Below, one piece after another: positions 45,690 through 60,189 of a stretch of 64,000 nucleotides of DNA. How positions within the stretch are numbered: the first letter of the stretch is position 1; each line of letters begins with the position of its first letter. The notes under the pieces were generated by a model, which saw only the letters and a list, made by a program, of their open reading frames with translations, did no database searches and was not told the origin of the DNA. The stretch lies in the NCBI RefSeq assembly GCF_009914755.1, contig NC_060931.1. One strand, given 5' to 3'. Source of the stretch: the human T2T-CHM13v2.0 reference genome, Homo sapiens. Position numbers and translations under genes: made by a program.

Positions 45690-46368
45690 TTAATAATATT
45701 CAATACTTTTAAAATAAGTAATGTCTCTCAGTGTTATAAAATATATATAGTTGCAATTAATTATATAATTTAATAAAAAATTTCTATCAATTTAATAAAT
45801 TTTGAATCAATATCAGAAGTCCAACAGCTCAATAGGAATTAATGGTTTTTTAAAAGGCTTAGTAGCCACTATTAAGGCAATATAGTTCATAAGTTAGAAA
45901 TATTGCTTGGATCCTTAATATGCACATACATTTAGGATATTCTCTAACCCGCTTTTGAACATTATTTAGCTAACTAGATTTCAAATAAATGTATTTTTTT
46001 TTAATATTTCAGTATAAAATTGCCTAAATATCTTCTCTCAGTAAATCCTTGTGAATAATTTGTCCTCTATAGATCTCTGATAGATCTGAAAATTATCTAT
46101 CCCCTATATGAAACGGGACTGTACATTGTATATGTGTACATGTAAGCAAAGAATGTAGCCTCATCTGGCCTAATCATTTCACATAAACAAGATCTTGACC
46201 AGTCATCTCACAAAATTGCTAAACTGTCTTAGCAGCATATGACAAATAATTCTTTTTTTCTGAAAGAAAACAATCTTTATAAATAAATGCAATAGAAATG
46301 TTTCTATGCATGCACATATCTCACACTGTTTTAATTCTTAGACAAATACTAAAAGTAAAGAGATAAAT

Positions 46369-48678
46369 AGTACATCAAAAAGTTAATTTACCACAATCAG
46401 TTAGGCATTATTCCTGGGATAAAAAGTTGGTTCAACATACACAAATCAATAAATGTGATTCACCACATAAATAGAATTAAAAGCCAAATCCATATAATTA
46501 TCTCAATAGATGCAGAAAAAGCATTTAATAAAATACAAAATCCTGTCATGAAAAAAAATCTTCAACAGACTAGACATCAAAGGAACATAACTCAAAATAA
46601 TAAAAGCCATCTATGACAAACCCACAGCCAACAGCACACTGAATGAGCAAAAGCTGGAAGAATTCCCCTTCAAAACTGGAACAAAACATGCCCACTCTCA
46701 CCACTCCTATTCAACATAGTTCTGGAAGTTCTAATCAGAGCAATTAGACAAGAGAAAGAAATAAAAGGTATCCAAACAAGAAAATAAATCAAGCTCTCTC
46801 TCTTCATTGATAATGATTCTATACTCAGAAAACTGTCAAAATTCCACCAAAAGGCTCTTAGAACTGAAGAATTTTAGCAAGGTTTCAGGACACAAAATAA
46901 ATGTATAAAAATCAATAGCAGTTCAATAACATCCAGCCAGAGTCAAGTCAAGAATACAATATCATTTACAAGAGTCACACACAAAAAATGAAATACCTCG
47001 GAATACAACTAAGGAAGGAGGTGAAAGTGCTCTACAAGGAGAACTACAAAGCACTGCTGAAAGAAATCAGAGGTGACACAAACAAATGAAAAAAAATCCA
47101 TGCTCATGGAAGAATCACTATCGTTAAATGGCTATTCTGCCCAAAGCAATTTATAGATTTAACACTATTTCTATGAAACTACCAATGTCGTTCTTCAAAG
47201 ACTTAGAAGAAAACTCTTCTAAAATTCATGTTTAACCAAAAAACAGCCTGGATAGCCAAAGCAAGCCTAAGCTAAAAAGAACAAAGATGGAAGAATCACA
47301 CCATAAGGCTACAGTAACAAAAACTGCATGGTACTGGTATAAAACCAGACACTCAGGCCAATGGAACAGAGTAGAAAACTCAGAAATAAAGCTGCAAACC
47401 TTCATCTGATCTTCAACAAGGCCAACAAATACAAAACAATAGCGAAAGGACTTCCTATTCAATACATGTTACTGGAATAGCTGGCTAGCCATATGCAGAA
47501 AAATGAAACTGGACTCTTTTCTTTCACCACATACAAAAATTAACTCAACATGGATTAAAAATTTAAATGTAAGATCCCAAGCTATATTTCTAAAAGAAAA
47601 CCTAGGAAATACCCCACGTGACAATGGCTTTGGCAACACATTTTTTATTAAGTCCTCAAATTGCAACAAAAACAGAAATTGACAATTAAGCTACAGAGCT
47701 TCTGCACAGCAAAAGAAACCATCAACAGAGTAAAGTGACAATCTGCAGAATGGGAGAAAATATTTGCAAACTATTCATCCAACAAAGGTGTAATATCCAG
47801 AATCTATAAGAACTTAAATCAATGGGAAAAAAACAACAACAAATAACCCCATTAAACATGAGCAAAATACATGAACAGACACTTCTTGAAAGTCATACAA
47901 GCAGGAAACAAACATATGAAAACATGCTTATCATCACTAATAATCATGGAAATGCAAATTAAAACCACAATAAAACACCATCTCACGCCAATCAGAATGG
48001 CTATTATTAAAAAGCCAAAAACCAGTGGATGCTGGCAAGGCTGCAAAGAAAAGGAAATGCCTCTATGCTGTTGTTGTGAATGTAAATTAGTTCAGCCATT
48101 GTAGAAAATGGCTTGAATATTTTTTTAAGAACTTCAAACAGATCTACCATTCAACCCAGCAATCCCATTAGTGGGTGTAAACTCGAAGGAAAACATACCA
48201 TATACCAAAAAGATACATGCACTTTTATTTGCATCCCTGCTGTATTCACAAGAGCAAAGACATGGAATCAACCTAGGTATCCATCAATGCTGGGCTGGAT
48301 AAAGAAAATGCGGTACATATATAGCATGGAATACTACACAGCCATTACAAAAGAATGAAATCATGTCCTTTGCAGCAATATGGATGGAGATGGAGGCCAT
48401 TTCCCTAAGAGAATTAACACAGAAACAGAAAACCAAATACTGCATGTACTGCACGAAATGTTAAGCAGCAGCTAAACATTGAGAACACACACACTTAAAC
48501 ATGGGAACAGTAGACATGGGGGACTACCAGAGTGGGGAAGGAAGAAGTGGAGGAAGATATGAAAAAAACTACCTGTTGGGTACTACGCTTGCTACCTGAG
48601 CATAATATACTCATGTAACAAACCTGCACATGTACCTCCTGTATCTAAAGTAAAAGTTGAAATTAAAAAGATTTTTTT
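46369..48678 (+). mobile_element. 5'-truncated L1 (L1PA15-17-like): decayed RT/C-terminal ORF2 and 3'UTR
   Basis: ORF2 motifs (tcaatagatgcagaaaaagcattt; HLTPIRMAIIKK); 3' end tgtatctaaagtaaaagttgaaatt; degenerate 17-bp TSD at 46352-46368 and 48679-48695. Confidence 0.9.
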
Positions 48679-50308
48679 AAAGTTAAGGGATATATTTAAA
48701 CCTAAATTGGTTTTATATACATGTGAAAATATGATTATTTTATAAACAAATTCTTATGATATTTACTGATAAAACTCTCCAAATTCAGTATGTAATATCT
48801 GCTCATATCACCTAGAGTTGTTCTCAATACCCTCTTTTCCCTGGCACCTGAACCTACTAGTGGACAACTCTGTGCCTTCCTAAAAGAAAACCTAGGAAAT
48901 ACCCTATCTGACGTTGTCCTTGGCAACAAACTTAAAAAAAATGCCTATCAAACCTGGCTATTCTATCCCACTGCCTTACTTAAGGTCTTCAAGTTCTTTC
49001 ACCAGCTTTATAAATTTCTTGGCAATCCAGCCTTCCTCTATACTGTTGTCTAAGTACAGCCATGCCTTATCCATGATGCAAAGTTTATGCCAGTGTCCAG
49101 TTATTCACAATATAAAATTAAGACATCTTCACAATTCAGCCACAGTTTCTCTCTCATCTTTCCCCTCTTTTTCCTTACATTGTCATCCCGGTAAATTCCT
49201 CTTGGTTGACACCCTGCCATTTCACAAGTCTGCCTTTCTCCTTCTTTCATTGGGCAAACATCTACCATATAATAACCTATAAAGAAGCTCCTTCTTCTCT
49301 AAAGACTTCTTGGTCTTCAGAGATAGTTATCTCCTTCTCTGAACTTTGATAGCACTTTTATCTTAAACATTTCTACTTCAACCTGTAATATATGGTATTG
49401 CAACAGATCTATTTATGTCCCTGCCTCTCTGCACGACTGTGTATTATGCCTCTTATTCCCAGTCACTAGTAGAGTTTGGATTCAACTAGGCATTGCTGTC
49501 TGAACACATATGTGAACATTTTCAGACTTATTGATTGATATGGAAAAGTTTATGTGGATTTATGATTCTGTGACCTTTTGCAACTTATCTAACATATCAA
49601 AGTCAAAAAAGCCAAAAAATTTGGAAAGGAAAACACTGAACGGGATCACCTTGTGAAAGGTGCCTCTTATGCAGGCAGAAAAATTATGTTTGCATTGAAA
49701 ACAGATCCCCTTTAAAACATATTTACATTTCATTTGACTTCGCGTGGTCCCAGTCAATGAATAAAGAACAAAACACACGTGGATGTGTATATAGAAGAGC
49801 TCGAAGTTGAAGCCCCCAGTAAATTTAATTTACTTAACATTTTAGTGTAACTATATATATATATATGTATATTTTTAATTTAGGGAAAATTATTTATATG
49901 TACTGGTAGAAAGGGAAGGCAAATATTCAACTAAGGGTCATTCTACATGATTCATATTATCTTAATTGGAGAAAAATTATTTTCCTTTGAAAATACTATT
50001 TTTTTTCTCTTCAAACTTCAATATTCTGTAATTTCCAATGTGGATTTAAGTCTCATCTAATCCTTTGTGGAAAGTTTTCTTTTTTTGTTAAACTATCAAT
50101 AACATATACAGCTAACTGACTGTAAATAGTAAAGAAGAAAGTAATTTCAGCATTATTATTTAATGATTATTTTATGAGTAAAACTATTCCCTTTAATAAA
50201 GCATTAGGAATATTTTTAATTATTAAAACATTATTTAAAATAATTTCTATCATGTTTAGAGGAGTAAAACATAACTATATACTGATGAAAAGAAAAAATC
50301 TTATACTC

Positions 50309-50618
50309 ATTTTATTTTATTTTATTTTATTTTATTTTATTTTATTTTATTTTATTTTATTTATTTGAGACAGAGTCTCACACGGTCACCTGGGCTGGAG
50401 TGCAGTGGCACGATCTTGGCTTACTGCAACCTCCCAGGTTCAAGTGATTCTCCTTGCCTCAGCCTCCCAAGTAGCTGGGATTACAGGTGCCCACGACCAT
50501 GCCTGGCTAATTTTTTCGTATTTTAGTAGAGACGGGGTTTCACTATGTTGGCCAGGCTGGTCTCAAATTCCTGACCTCATGGTCTGCCCACCTCAGCCTC
50601 CCAAAGTGCTAGGATAAT
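50309..50618 (-). mobile_element. AluS (Sg/Sc-like) with a (TAAAA)n tail, slightly 5'-truncated
   Basis: TSD aatctta(t/c)actc at 50297-50308 and 50619-50630. Confidence 0.93.
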
Positions 50619-51513
50619 AATCTTACACTCTTTAAAGCAAAAATGTTTTGTTGATTCAATAATGAAAAGCATTCTTCATTTCATGGAAAGAAAGCTGGAA
50701 AGTTAAATGGTAGAAAAAAATTACTTTATTCATGGAAACATTTCAACTTTGCTATTTGGTGAGCCACAAAGGAAATTTGTTATACTGTTATCATGTTTGT
50801 TATGAGTGCTTTCATCTGCTTGCTTATTTTTGGTTGAGATTAGGAGAGTTATCTAAAAAGCATTAAGGCAGGTATAAATGCATTTTTGTTTATGACTGTC
50901 ATCTTTAGGAAGACATAAGATTTACTCTTCAATGTAGTGATTTTCATATTTGTATTAAATAATATGATTTAATCATTCATTCATTACAAAATAAAATGTT
51001 ATCAGCCAGAATTCTGAAATACCTGATAATGCAGCTCATTATTATTCAGATTAAATATATTGTACTTCTCCAGGAAATATGGCATCATGTTCTCCAAAAT
51101 GCACATGCAGAAAATCATTATAATATATTTTGCCTAGATGTTGGGTATAAATTCGGTTCCTCAGTACTGAATTATGATTTATGTGGATTCATCTTGTTAA
51201 CCATTTAGAGAACCAATTTTCATTCAACAGTATTTATGAAGCCAGACTCTTTGTTAGGGGATAGGGGTGATAGGTGGGGTAGAGAGAATTCAAACACCTG
51301 AGCTATAATAGTAAAAATAGTTACAAAAGGCCATTGTATTAAAATTTCAATCCTAAAAACAAGATCATATAAACATATTAAATGCTAGCATCATTTATTT
51401 TGCATTAAAATTAGCAGAGAGGAATAATTGTTTTTAAGCATTTTTACATCATAGTTTTGTCTATTTTTTTACATATACATGACATAGACACTAAAATCAA
51501 TCAAAAAACATAC

Positions 51514-51587
51514 CGTTCTCCTTGTTTTCCACCACTTTTGGGGTTCACAAAAACTAAAAGTGGGTGAGTACCAGGCACAGGAGTGAC
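51514..51587 (-). CDS. DGKB: DGKB coding exon (74 nt, phase 0-2), start of the DAGK catalytic domain
   Basis: cttatag|GTC ACT CCT...GGA GAA CG|gtatgt gives VTPVPGTHPLLVFVNPKSGGKQGE(R). NPKSGG is the conserved DGK motif. Confidence 0.96.
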
Positions 51588-51707
51588 CTATAAGAAAAGT
51601 TACATACATGGAAAAATTATTAGGCCCATTATATATGAAGAAGACTCCTTGTTATTTCTAAATTATAAAATACCAATACGCAATTTCAATAATATTACTT
51701 TCCACAA

Positions 51708-51757
51708 TGTGTGTGTGTGCATGTGTGTGTGAGTGTGTGCGTGTGTGTGTGTGTGTG
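51708..51757. repeat. Interrupted (TG)n
   Basis: Read directly from the sequence. Confidence 0.9.
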
Positions 51758-54700
51758 GTGTGTTCAACAGGAAAACCTCCTCCACAAAGAAAGGCATGCC
51801 TATCTAGATAGAGGGCCGAGGGGAAGGCAGTCAGGAAGAGGGAATAACATTTGTAATTCCTGTAAGATAAAAAAAAAAATTACGATTTTCAGACAGTAAG
51901 TGAACAAGCCAGAATACAGCAGAATTTGAGGAAAAAGGGATGAGAAGCAAAGAAAGAGATCAACTTATAGAGAGGCCTCCTTTTACGCAGGAGTCCTAAT
52001 TGAGAGTTTCGAGGCATGTGTGGAATCCATCTTCCCAACCACCTGTGAACTGGAAAGAAACTCAATAAGATCCTTTGAGGTCCCTTTTGGCCTAAGAGTC
52101 CTTATCTACACAATTTGTTCAGTGCTTTCTTTTCCTCCTTGCTGAATAGGTTGCTAGTTAATCAAGTCTATTTGCTAAGTAGAGTCCATTAACTATTGAT
52201 CTCTCTTTCAGGTAACACGAATTGACTCGACTATACGTCACGTGCTACTGCTTTCATCACAACTCAGCTCTCAGTTGAACAAGAAAGACAAAGTTTCTGT
52301 CCTAATGGAGCTTATATTATAGTGGAGAAATATACAATAAACAAATACATATTTAGCAATGAAACATGCCACGATGGGAAATAAAGCAGGTAAGGTGATA
52401 GCACGTATTTTTGTGGGTAGAGTTGTTTTACGTAGTGTGGGAAAGGACAAGTGTTGTCTCTTACCTGATTCCAATGTTAAATAACAGACTTTTTAAAATA
52501 AAAGTATTCCTATTCAATGTAACCCTATGTAACTCCCATCTAAATACAGTTTGATGAAAAAAATTTAATAACAAAAGTATTCAGCTAATTGTGTCCTCTA
52601 AATACTAAGTTGAACAGTTTTGGATCAATCTGCTTTTTTGAAAGTACATTCAAATTATCTTTACTGCAGTGTTATTTCTCCCCTAGAAAGTAGTCTTAAA
52701 TGTTTAATGAGACAATTAAAAACACTCATTTTACCATATCATGCCCTTCCTTCCTGTTTAACAATATAAGTTAAAATATTCTACTAACATATTTTCCTCC
52801 ACTTCTTTAGTAAAATGGCATTTTTCTAATGAGAATAGGCAATGGGGAAATGTTAAAATCTCCACATTACCGAAGTGGGAAGATTGACTGAGATACTCGT
52901 AATTTTTCTATTCATATCCAACTAGCTCTCATTATAATTTACTGTGTCTGTTTCTATTTTACTTTCCATTGCAAAGAGGACAAAGTTTCTTTCTTCCTAA
53001 TTTGTCTCCAATTCAGCTGGGAGAAGGATGAGCAGGAAAAACTTATGCACTAACTTCCCAGGTCTCCCCTGAACCAAATGTGTGCAATCAATTAATGTAC
53101 ATAAAGTGTCTATTATCTTTAAGCCATGGTGGCTGCGGATTGCAATGGGTACCCCTTCCTCCCATTAAAAACTAAAATCAAACAAACAACTATATCTAAA
53201 AACCTGTGTTCGATTTTCTTTATTTCTCATCCTATTACAAATTGAAACTCCTAACGTTTTCATAAGCAAATAGCAATAATAAATAGATGTAGATTTTAGT
53301 TGACTTTTTAGTCAATTTGAACTGTTTCTACTGGTTTTTAAGTAGAAATGGGAATCTCAAAGTAAACAGATTTTTAAGCATGAGCAAAGTATTAACTCTG
53401 AACCCAAATACTCATTAGGATGAGTTTTCCTTTTCTCCCTAAAGTCAACATTCATTTTATAACTATATGAGATTATACAAAAATTCATGCTGAGTCCAAT
53501 ATATGGAATTATTTTCAAACTATGTTTTGAAATGTCTCTCAGAGATATTTAATTGTGAGAATATTTATAGACATCACTATAAATTGTCAAGTAAAGGGGA
53601 ATTAAAATTGTATTTTAAGTTATATACTGTTATGAACAAATAAATATCCCACTGGAATAGATTATATTCTGTAAGGAATTTCAAAATAAAATACAAAATC
53701 TTGATGTAATTTTTAGGGGTAGTTAAATGGAGAAACAGATTAAATGTATTAGAAAAATCAGAGAATTTAAAGAATTTAGAGCAATGATGATATTCCACAA
53801 GTGGCAAAAGTTGAATATCCAATATGGATATACAGGAATAATATCAATCAATTAGCAACCATTATTTTACATAATACTTCTCTCATTATTGAGTATGAGT
53901 TCATTTTCAGACAGTCCTAACATATAAAGTATGAGATAAGTAAAATTGTGGATATTATCACATGTAGTCTTTCAATTAGTTAATTTGATCTGTTTGATTC
54001 CAGATTCTGGTTTTCAGAGAGGTCCATCAAATAAGAACTATCTTTGCATTGTATTGCAATGCAAAACATGTCTACTGACAAAATGAATATAAATAGTTTT
54101 CTTAGTTTCTGAAACTCAGTATATCTGATTTTGGTGAATAAAGTTTTATGGAAATATCTTACATTAATATTTTTTAAATTTTACAGTAATATTTTTATTT
54201 TTTTGAAAAACTCTCAAATTTACAGAAAAGTTGCAATGACTCTCAATTAACTTTTTCCCTCAACCACTTGAGAGTAAGTTGCCAAAATTCTACTCCATCA
54301 CTACCACTCCCATTTACATTAGTATTTCCTACATATAAAAACATTCTCTCGTATATACATATATATACATATATATAATATACATATATACATATATATA
54401 TATACACACAATACAACCATCAATAACAGAAAACTAATATGATTTTGGACTAGTTTTGTGGAAAAAAACTATTATTGGGACAACTGATGAAACCTAAATG
54501 GGATATGAGGTACAAATGTAGTTAGGTACCAACGTTATATTCAAGCTTACTAATTCTCTTTTGGATTGTATCCAATCTGTCTATGAATTTAGAATTTTTA
54601 CTTTCACAAAACAATTGTGAAATGATATGTAAAATTCAATTATTCTGAAAATACATTTGCTGCAATCCTAAAATATTGTGTCCTTTTTGTTATAGATTTT

Positions 54701-55244
54701 GGTGGAGTAGGAGGTGAAAGATAAAAACACAACTATGTCAAAAATTCTGTCAGCTGAAAACTATTCATTCTTTGAAGTACATATATTTATACAGCATTTG
54801 AGATCATCTGAAGTAGAACAGCATATAGAACAGATGACTTCCTAGTTGATTTGTTTAAAGGATGAAAGAACCCTCAACCTGCTCTCAATCTCCCATGACT
54901 CTTCCATTGTGCTTGAGGCTCTCTCTACAGAGCCCTGTGTCTTTTCAAAACAGTTAAACAATACTTGAGATACAGTAATACGGTTTCACACACACAAAAA
55001 TACTGATGAAGAGAGAAAGTGTCTAGGAAAGATTTTATAGCATCTGTGGTAGTTGAAATCTTGAAGAATGGTTATAAATTTGATGTGCAGGGCATTCCAG
55101 GAGACTGTTCACACTGGATTCTCCACCATACTGAATAGAATTCATCATGTAAAATCTTACTTAATCACATAAAGGGGCAGTTAAAAACAGTACATTTAAA
55201 GAGCATGATTTTAGAGTTAGACTGGTTTTGGATCCCAGTTCAAT

Positions 55245-56130
55245 CACTTCTCTCTATATACACACTCTGTCCTTTAATGATCTCATCTTATCTGATGGCT
55301 GCCATCAATGCCTTTCACTCCCAAATTCATGTCTGCCTTTTCTTCTAATTTCTAGGTTCACATATTGGTCTACCTACTTGATATTTTTATTTGGATATCT
55401 AACAGCAGCAGAAATTTCCCTCTAAACATTCATACAGATGCTCCCCTATCTCAGTCAATGGCAATTTCATCATTTCAGTTGCATGGTCCAAACTATTAAT
55501 ATCTTGGAGAAGTTCCTGATTCCTCACTTTTCTCATAAACCCTGTAGTCAATTCATCAGCATATCTTTTGCTCATTCCTCAAAATATATGTAGAATCCCA
55601 TCACATCTCTCTACTTCCACTGCTCCATCCTAACAAGCCTACGTCTTATAACCCCTGAATAACTTCAACAGTAATCTACTGGACTCTTGGCTCCCCAACA
55701 ATCTAATCTTTATAAGAGTAAGCCTTTTAAAATACCATTCAATCATGTCACTCCTCTGCTTATCTTTCCCACCAATATCTTCTCATCACACTCAGATCAA
55801 AAGTCAGTCTTTATTGAAGCCTTCAAGCCTTTAAAAATTCTAGCCCCTGTTACTTCTCTGAATTACTTGCTACCACTTTCCATCTTGCCCACCCTACTCC
55901 AACTACAGTTCTTACTGACCCTAGGCATATACTTACCTTAGGGTTGTCCATTCCCCATATATCCAAATGACCAACTGCTTCATCTCTTTTAAGTCTTTAC
56001 CCAAATATCACTTTATTAATGGGGCCTAAACTAGCCATTGTTCTTAAAATTATAGACAATTCTGACTCTTAGCCCTGATCTTTCTTATCTTACTCAGCTC
56101 TATTTTTACATCATTTATTATCTACCATTT
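55245..56130. mobile_element. L2 fragment
   Basis: cctatctcagtcaatggcaa...tcaaaatatatgtagaatcc...aatcatgtcactcctctgct. Confidence 0.7.
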
Positions 56131-56284
56131 TATGTATATGGAGATACTCAGTTTAAAGGTTGCTATAATGCTCAAAACTATAGAGTAACAATTCTGGGTT
56201 TACATTGAGAGTTAGAATGTCAATGAAGTGCTAAGTATGAAACAGTCAACAGGGTTAAGAATTCTAAAATGAGCAAAGGACATA

Positions 56285-56316
56285 CACACACACACACACA
56301 CACACGTACACACACA
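56285..56316. repeat. (CA)n microsatellite
   Basis: Read directly from the sequence. Confidence 0.9.
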
Positions 56317-59300
56317 TACATCAAAGAAAGTGAATTGATTATATAGAGATAATTAATTTAATATACATATATACTATACACTTACATTTAGTGCATGGGT
56401 GCATGGTTTACAGTCTTGGTGATTACAAGAATAAGATATTACAAATAAGGAAGATAAAATAAAGAGGCAGTTTTGTGAGGAAAGACACTGGTTCAGTTTT
56501 AGATATTTAATCATAAAGGTCCCCCTTTCTTTCTCGTGCTAAAAGTGTTACAAACTAGATTCGTTACTTCTTAAATGACCCTTTTATTTGGAAATGTTTC
56601 TCAAAGAATATTTAGGAACAAGGTAACTTCAACATAAACACAGTTTAAAACAATTGTTCTGTTTTTCTCCTTATTTCTTCACATGTGGGAGAGCCATCTG
56701 TAATTTTATATCTCTTGCATGGTAAGAAGTCGCAGTTTCAATTACATTTGATCATATGTATTAAGTGTAAACCTATGGTGTGAGCGATGACAAAGACAGA
56801 GTGCCTAACCACCTCTATTTGAAGTCCCCTAGGACTTGGGTTAATTAATGAGACTCATCCTAAGGTTATACATGATCTATTACTTCCTCTAATTAGAAAT
56901 AATAATCCTGATCATTATGCTGGTTAGCTGGAAAGAAATAAGATGAATGTGCTTAACTATGATTAATAGTCTTCTTTAAGCAGTGTAGATCTCTTCTGTC
57001 ACTGAAGTTATATGCAAACTGGGCTGCAACTCAATGCTTTTTAATGATACATACTTTTTAAAGCTCATGGAAAAAATTAACTTTATGGTAGATCTTTTTA
57101 CCTTTCTTGATAATAAACAAACATTTTGGTATTTTAAAATTGATAAATACAACACAAAATTACTATTTTTTCATTTTGCATATAATAGCTATCCAGAACT
57201 TTATTCTTTTATTTTTTTTCTCCAAAACTATGTGGCTATATATGTGTATTCTATTTTGGTCCTTTCTGCTGAGGTACAACAGGCTTTTGCACATGATTAT
57301 ATACCAACTTTTTTTAATTCAAAAAATTATTACTACACATATGGTATTTTTTTAACTGGTGTTTTTTTAGGGCTGATTTCTATACTTGTCCCACTCACAA
57401 TTTTAGCTGACACTTTTATATGTCAAAGAAAGTTATAAAAAGTTATTATCTGGTTAGAGAGATGAAACACTTCCACAAAGAATGTTAATCATCTAAGATT
57501 TTTAATGTGACTAATTTAGCTGTAATAAGGTCGAATATTTCAGATTATTTTAAAATAGAAAATAAAATCAAACATATTACTATGTAGGTTTAAAACCTTT
57601 AAAACACTGCATGTACTATTTAATTTTGGTTTTGATGTCCGGGCAAATTGAGGTATGATTATGAAAATCTTGGAAAACTGAGATTAGAGGAGTTAAAATT
57701 CTGTTGCATACATAAATTGTATCTCAAAGCCTGCAGCAATATAAAAGCACACAGAAGAACAAGATGTTCAGAAGTTTAGCAGTTACATACATGTTAAAAA
57801 ATTTTAAGCAAAGAGACAGGGTGTCCTGGGAGTGAAACACATAAACTCTAGTCAGATGGTCTTCATTCAAACCTTGGTTTTACCACTGACTGTGTCCTTG
57901 GGGAAGTTATCTCACTTCTGAACATCAACATGATTTTGAAAATGATGATAATAATGGTATTGATCTCATATGTTTATTGAGAGAATTAAAGAAGCTAATA
58001 TGTATAAAATACCATCATAATGCTTAAGCTATCCTATTTAACAAATGATATATGCTTCCCATCTGTGATGAGAAGTATGTGCCTAGTCATGTGAAATACA
58101 ATTAGATTTCAGAATTAGGCTTCCCTTTCATTAATTTCATTCCAGGAACCCAGAGTAGCTGAAGATTTAAACTTATCAATATTAGGCATCCACGTATTGA
58201 ATTAAAATGTTGATTTTTTTCAATAAAAATTTTATAGGATAATTTAATTAATTTTTTTGCTAATAAAATTGTGGATAGATTTTATATTTGACAGCTCCTA
58301 TGAAATTTCTAAACATATGGATATGAGTTCCAAAATGTACATCTTGATTTACTTTTTTATAATTAAATTTTCTGTTCTCTAATATATAATAATTTTATTA
58401 TTCAGAATTCCCTCCTTTTATATTTGAGTTTAATAATTTATGAAAAATTTTCTATTCACAATGGATTTTTAGATAAAAAACAAACAGTAACTTAGTTATC
58501 AATATTTAATAAATTATTATTAAATTTTAATGACATTCAAGATGTTAAAGAAGCAAGCATTTAGGCATCTTCTCTGTGCCCTGAACTGTGCTCTCATATT
58601 GAAAAAATACAAAAGACATAATCTATAGTATCAGAAATAAAATAAGAAATAAAAAAAGATGATAGAAAATCAAATATAATGAATGCAAGTGTGTGACATA
58701 CTGTTTGTATGTTAAATTGTTGGTAAATATTCCCAGAGAATGTGAAACTTGAAGTATAGGCAGTTGGAACACAAAAACATAAGTAGAAAAACATACTTAA
58801 ATCCACAATTTCATAAATTAAGCCAACGTTATTGACCATTTTTCTGTTGAAGTAAGAAACACAGGTAAAAAATAGAGGTAAGTAAATGTTATACATTCAC
58901 CCCATACAATGTCTTAAAATGCTATTCTTGATGCCACAGGCCGTAAAGATAACTTACACGTTTTTATATAATAGTATTAAAAAATGACTACCTGTGTTTA
59001 TTTAACCTAGATATATATTTGAGGTTTAAATTTTGACTTAAAATTTTGACTTAAAAATTTGAAAGCTAGAAATATATTACAATACATTCTTTATTATTAA
59101 AAATATTTATTTAGAAAAAAATGCATTCAGAGTTCATTTTCTTCTTTCCTAAAGTCTTTTTTGCTATCAGAGTGACTCTTCATATCATACCCATACTAAA
59201 TATAAATATATAGAGAGATATAAAGTATACCTGTAAATAAATAACATATATGTATTTAATAAGTGTGTATATTTAGCAATAATTTTCAAATCTTTCAAAA

Positions 59301-59540
59301 GATCTCTTGCCAATTTGAGTTTAAATGGAGATAAAATCATAAATGATTAATTTAACCAGAATGTTACTCTGTCAATCAACCGTAAGACTGACATCTTGAT
59401 AAATTAATAAAGATCTTTCTGAAAGAGTCTACTAAGCTAATATGCAGATTAAACAAATGTGTTGATAGCTGAACATATGCCCCTTTAGAGCCTAGAAGTA
59501 TCAAATATGAAACCTACTAAAATTTTGATTTAAAAAATCA

Positions 59541-59693
<153 letters not shown>

Positions 59694-60189
59694 TTAGGAA
59701 AATAACATAATAAAATGTTAAGTTGTTTTTACTAATAGAAGAGTTTCATGGTTACAAACACAGGCTCAACTTTCTAATTTGAAGTTCCTAGTGAATAATA
59801 TGAAAGCTGTTGTTTTCAACTGGCTCAATATATATGATAGCTTCATGATCGAACCACCATTTAAAGAAATAATGAGAAAGAATACCAAATTGTATTATCC
59901 CTATGTGCCCAATTATGACTCTTTATTAAAAGTTACTAACGATTACTGAAGTTGATTATTTTCATATGTAATGATACAGATAAAGGGTACAGGATTATAA
60001 TTTAAAGAATGTGGTATTGAGTACTAAGAAAAGCTTATAAATACATGCAATATTGAAAATTATTTTTAATTGCATGATGGACTTTTAAGCTACTATTTAT
60101 ATCAAAAATAGCATATATCTTAAAACTGACATTCCATCCCAGCTAATTACTTTGTTCCTCATAGTAAAAAAATTTCTTTTAGGAGTTGC

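Noticed and set aside
52455-52475. Isolated strong donor-like sites on the sense strand (also ~2970, ~4975, ~18160)
   Set aside because: There is no adjacent acceptor or DGK-like coding frame, and such motifs are common in long introns.
57034-57438. 134-aa hydrophobic ORF that resembles a membrane protein
   Set aside because: The F/I/L/Y bias is expected from T-rich DNA. It is antisense within an intron, with no recognisable homology.
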